A DNA stretch of 64,000 nt from an uncultured cyanobacterium (GTDB lineage: Bacteria; Cyanobacteriota; Cyanobacteriia; Phormidesmidales; Phormidesmidaceae). The notes below the pieces were generated by a model. That model was given only the letters and a program-made list of their open reading frames with translations, was not told the origin of the DNA and ran no database searches. Where the stretch lies: contig CAWBZI010000007.1 of assembly GCA_963793265.1 (NCBI GenBank), positions 224,001-288,000 of the forward strand, read 5' to 3'. Shown piece by piece: positions 62,781 through 64,000 of the stretch (position 1 is the stretch's first letter; each line of letters begins with the position of its first letter). The translations under genes were made by a program, and so were the position numbers.

Positions 62781-63932
62781 GTGCGCTATCCACACAAGCT
62801 CGCACTTTTACTGACCGCAGTTGGGCTCTCTGGTGCTGCGCTGCTGTCTGAGCCTTTTTCGCAAGGGGCGATCGCGATTGAGTTAACTGCCCGCACCGAG
62901 GGCGTATTAATCGCTCAAACCAGTGATAATCTGAGCGATTCTGAAAAAGAGCGCCTCTCGAATTTAATCGGCGAAGCGCAAAAGAAGATTGATTCAGGAG
63001 ACTATTCAGGTGCGATCGCGCTCTATCAGCAGGCTATTCAGGTTGATCGTGACAACGCTCGACTCTATTCAGGCATTGCCTACTTGCAGGTGAGGCAGGG
63101 CAACTTTGAAGCCGCCGCTGAGTTTTACCGCCAGGCATTAGATCGTGACCCACGCAATCTTTCTTTCCACTACGGGCTAGCGCACAGCCTATTTATGGAT
63201 GAGCGCTACGAAGAGGCTGCCGGAGCCTATCAGGATCTGCTGAGCTTTGATGCCAGAGCGGCGAATGCTTTTGTAGGCTTAGGCGGATCGCTGCTGAGAC
63301 TAGAAAGATACGACGCGGCCCGTGAGGCCTATGAGCGAGCGGTACAAATTGCGCCCAATAATGCTCAAGCCTACGAGGCAATTGGGATGCTTTTCCTGGC
63401 TCAGGAAAACTATGACGATGCGATCAGGCCGCTGGAGCGATCGCTAGCTCTCGATCCTAACCGGGGCAGCGTTCACGCGAATCTTGCAAAGATCTGGCTA
63501 GAGCAGGGCAATGAGTCTAGAGCCTTTGATGCCTTGCAGCAGGCAGTTCGGATCAACCCTGGGAATGCAGAAGCGCAGTTTTATTTAGGCGAGATTCTGC
63601 AAAAGCGAGGCGATATAAATGGAGCGCTCAATCGCTTTGAGCAGGCCGCTGATGCCAATCCAACCCTGATACCTGCCCAGGCTGCTCTGGGTGAACTGCT
63701 GCTCGAAAGAGGGCAGTTTCTACGCGCTGTGCTCGCCTACCGCCAGCTAACCCGCGCCTTTCCCGAAGATCCCGGCATTCGCTACAACTTAGGCTTAGCA
63801 CTATGGGGCCAAGGCAATACGAGAGCGGCCATAGAAACTCTCGATCAGGCGTTGCGTCTGTATGAGCGTCAAGAAGACGGTTCAGGGGCAGAGCGAGCGA
63901 CCGCGCTGCTAGAAATCTGGCGGAATAACTAG
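62781..63932 (+). CDS. Secreted TPR-repeat protein
   Basis: Signal-like N-terminus followed by about nine consecutive TPRs. GTG at 62781 is the likely start. Confidence 0.88.
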   Translation: MRYPHKLALLLTAVGLSGAALLSEPFSQGAIAIELTARTEGVLIAQTSDNLSDSEKERLSNLIGEAQKKIDSGDYSGAIALYQQAIQVDRDNARLYSGIAYLQVRQGNFEAAAEFYRQALDRDPRNLSFHYGLAHSLFMDERYEEAAGAYQDLLSFDARAANAFVGLGGSLLRLERYDAAREAYERAVQIAPNNAQAYEAIGMLFLAQENYDDAIRPLERSLALDPNRGSVHANLAKIWLEQGNESRAFDALQQAVRINPGNAEAQFYLGEILQKRGDINGALNRFEQAADANPTLIPAQAALGELLLERGQFLRAVLAYRQLTRAFPEDPGIRYNLGLALWGQGNTRAAIETLDQALRLYERQEDGSGAERATALLEIWRNN

Positions 63933-64000
63933 CCGTTTGCTACGGCGTGTCGTCGTCTTGAATGGCAGCGGTGCGCCAGCTTAGCTTAAGGCTAATCCAA

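Overview
This is a gene-dense chromosomal window from a cyanobacterium, shown by frequent HIP1 GCGATCGC octamers, GUN4, a group-2 sigma factor, Uma2 nucleases and a pseudo-orthocaspase. In order it carries: (i) the 3' part of a sigma factor; (ii) a TpsA-like exoprotein plus TPR-CHAT pair and a PEP-CTERM zinc metalloprotease; (iii) a PTS-EIIC/EAL fusion; (iv) an aminotransferase plus TauABC-type operon behind a canonical NtcA promoter, next to a YdfG/IsfD-like reductase; (v) a tightly packed CHAT-ATPase / Uma2 / ATPase-TM-TPR trio; (vi) katG, an MBL hydrolase and an RND pump with its adaptor; (vii) a ~13.5 kb hopanoid cluster (hpnH, squalene synthase, hpnA, hpnG-like, hpnB, shc) that also holds a sulfotransferase, a PvdE-type exporter and an RND lacking its docking subdomains; (viii) a candidate LCIB/theta-carbonic-anhydrase homologue; and (ix) an ABC1 kinase, HAD hydrolase, GUN4, a response regulator, a pseudo-caspase, a TpsA-CHAT fusion and small conserved genes. 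Five GTAG-type REP-like palindromes lie in intergenic DNA. I saw no rRNA, tRNA, CRISPR array or transposase. All calls come from reading motifs by eye; no database searches were run.
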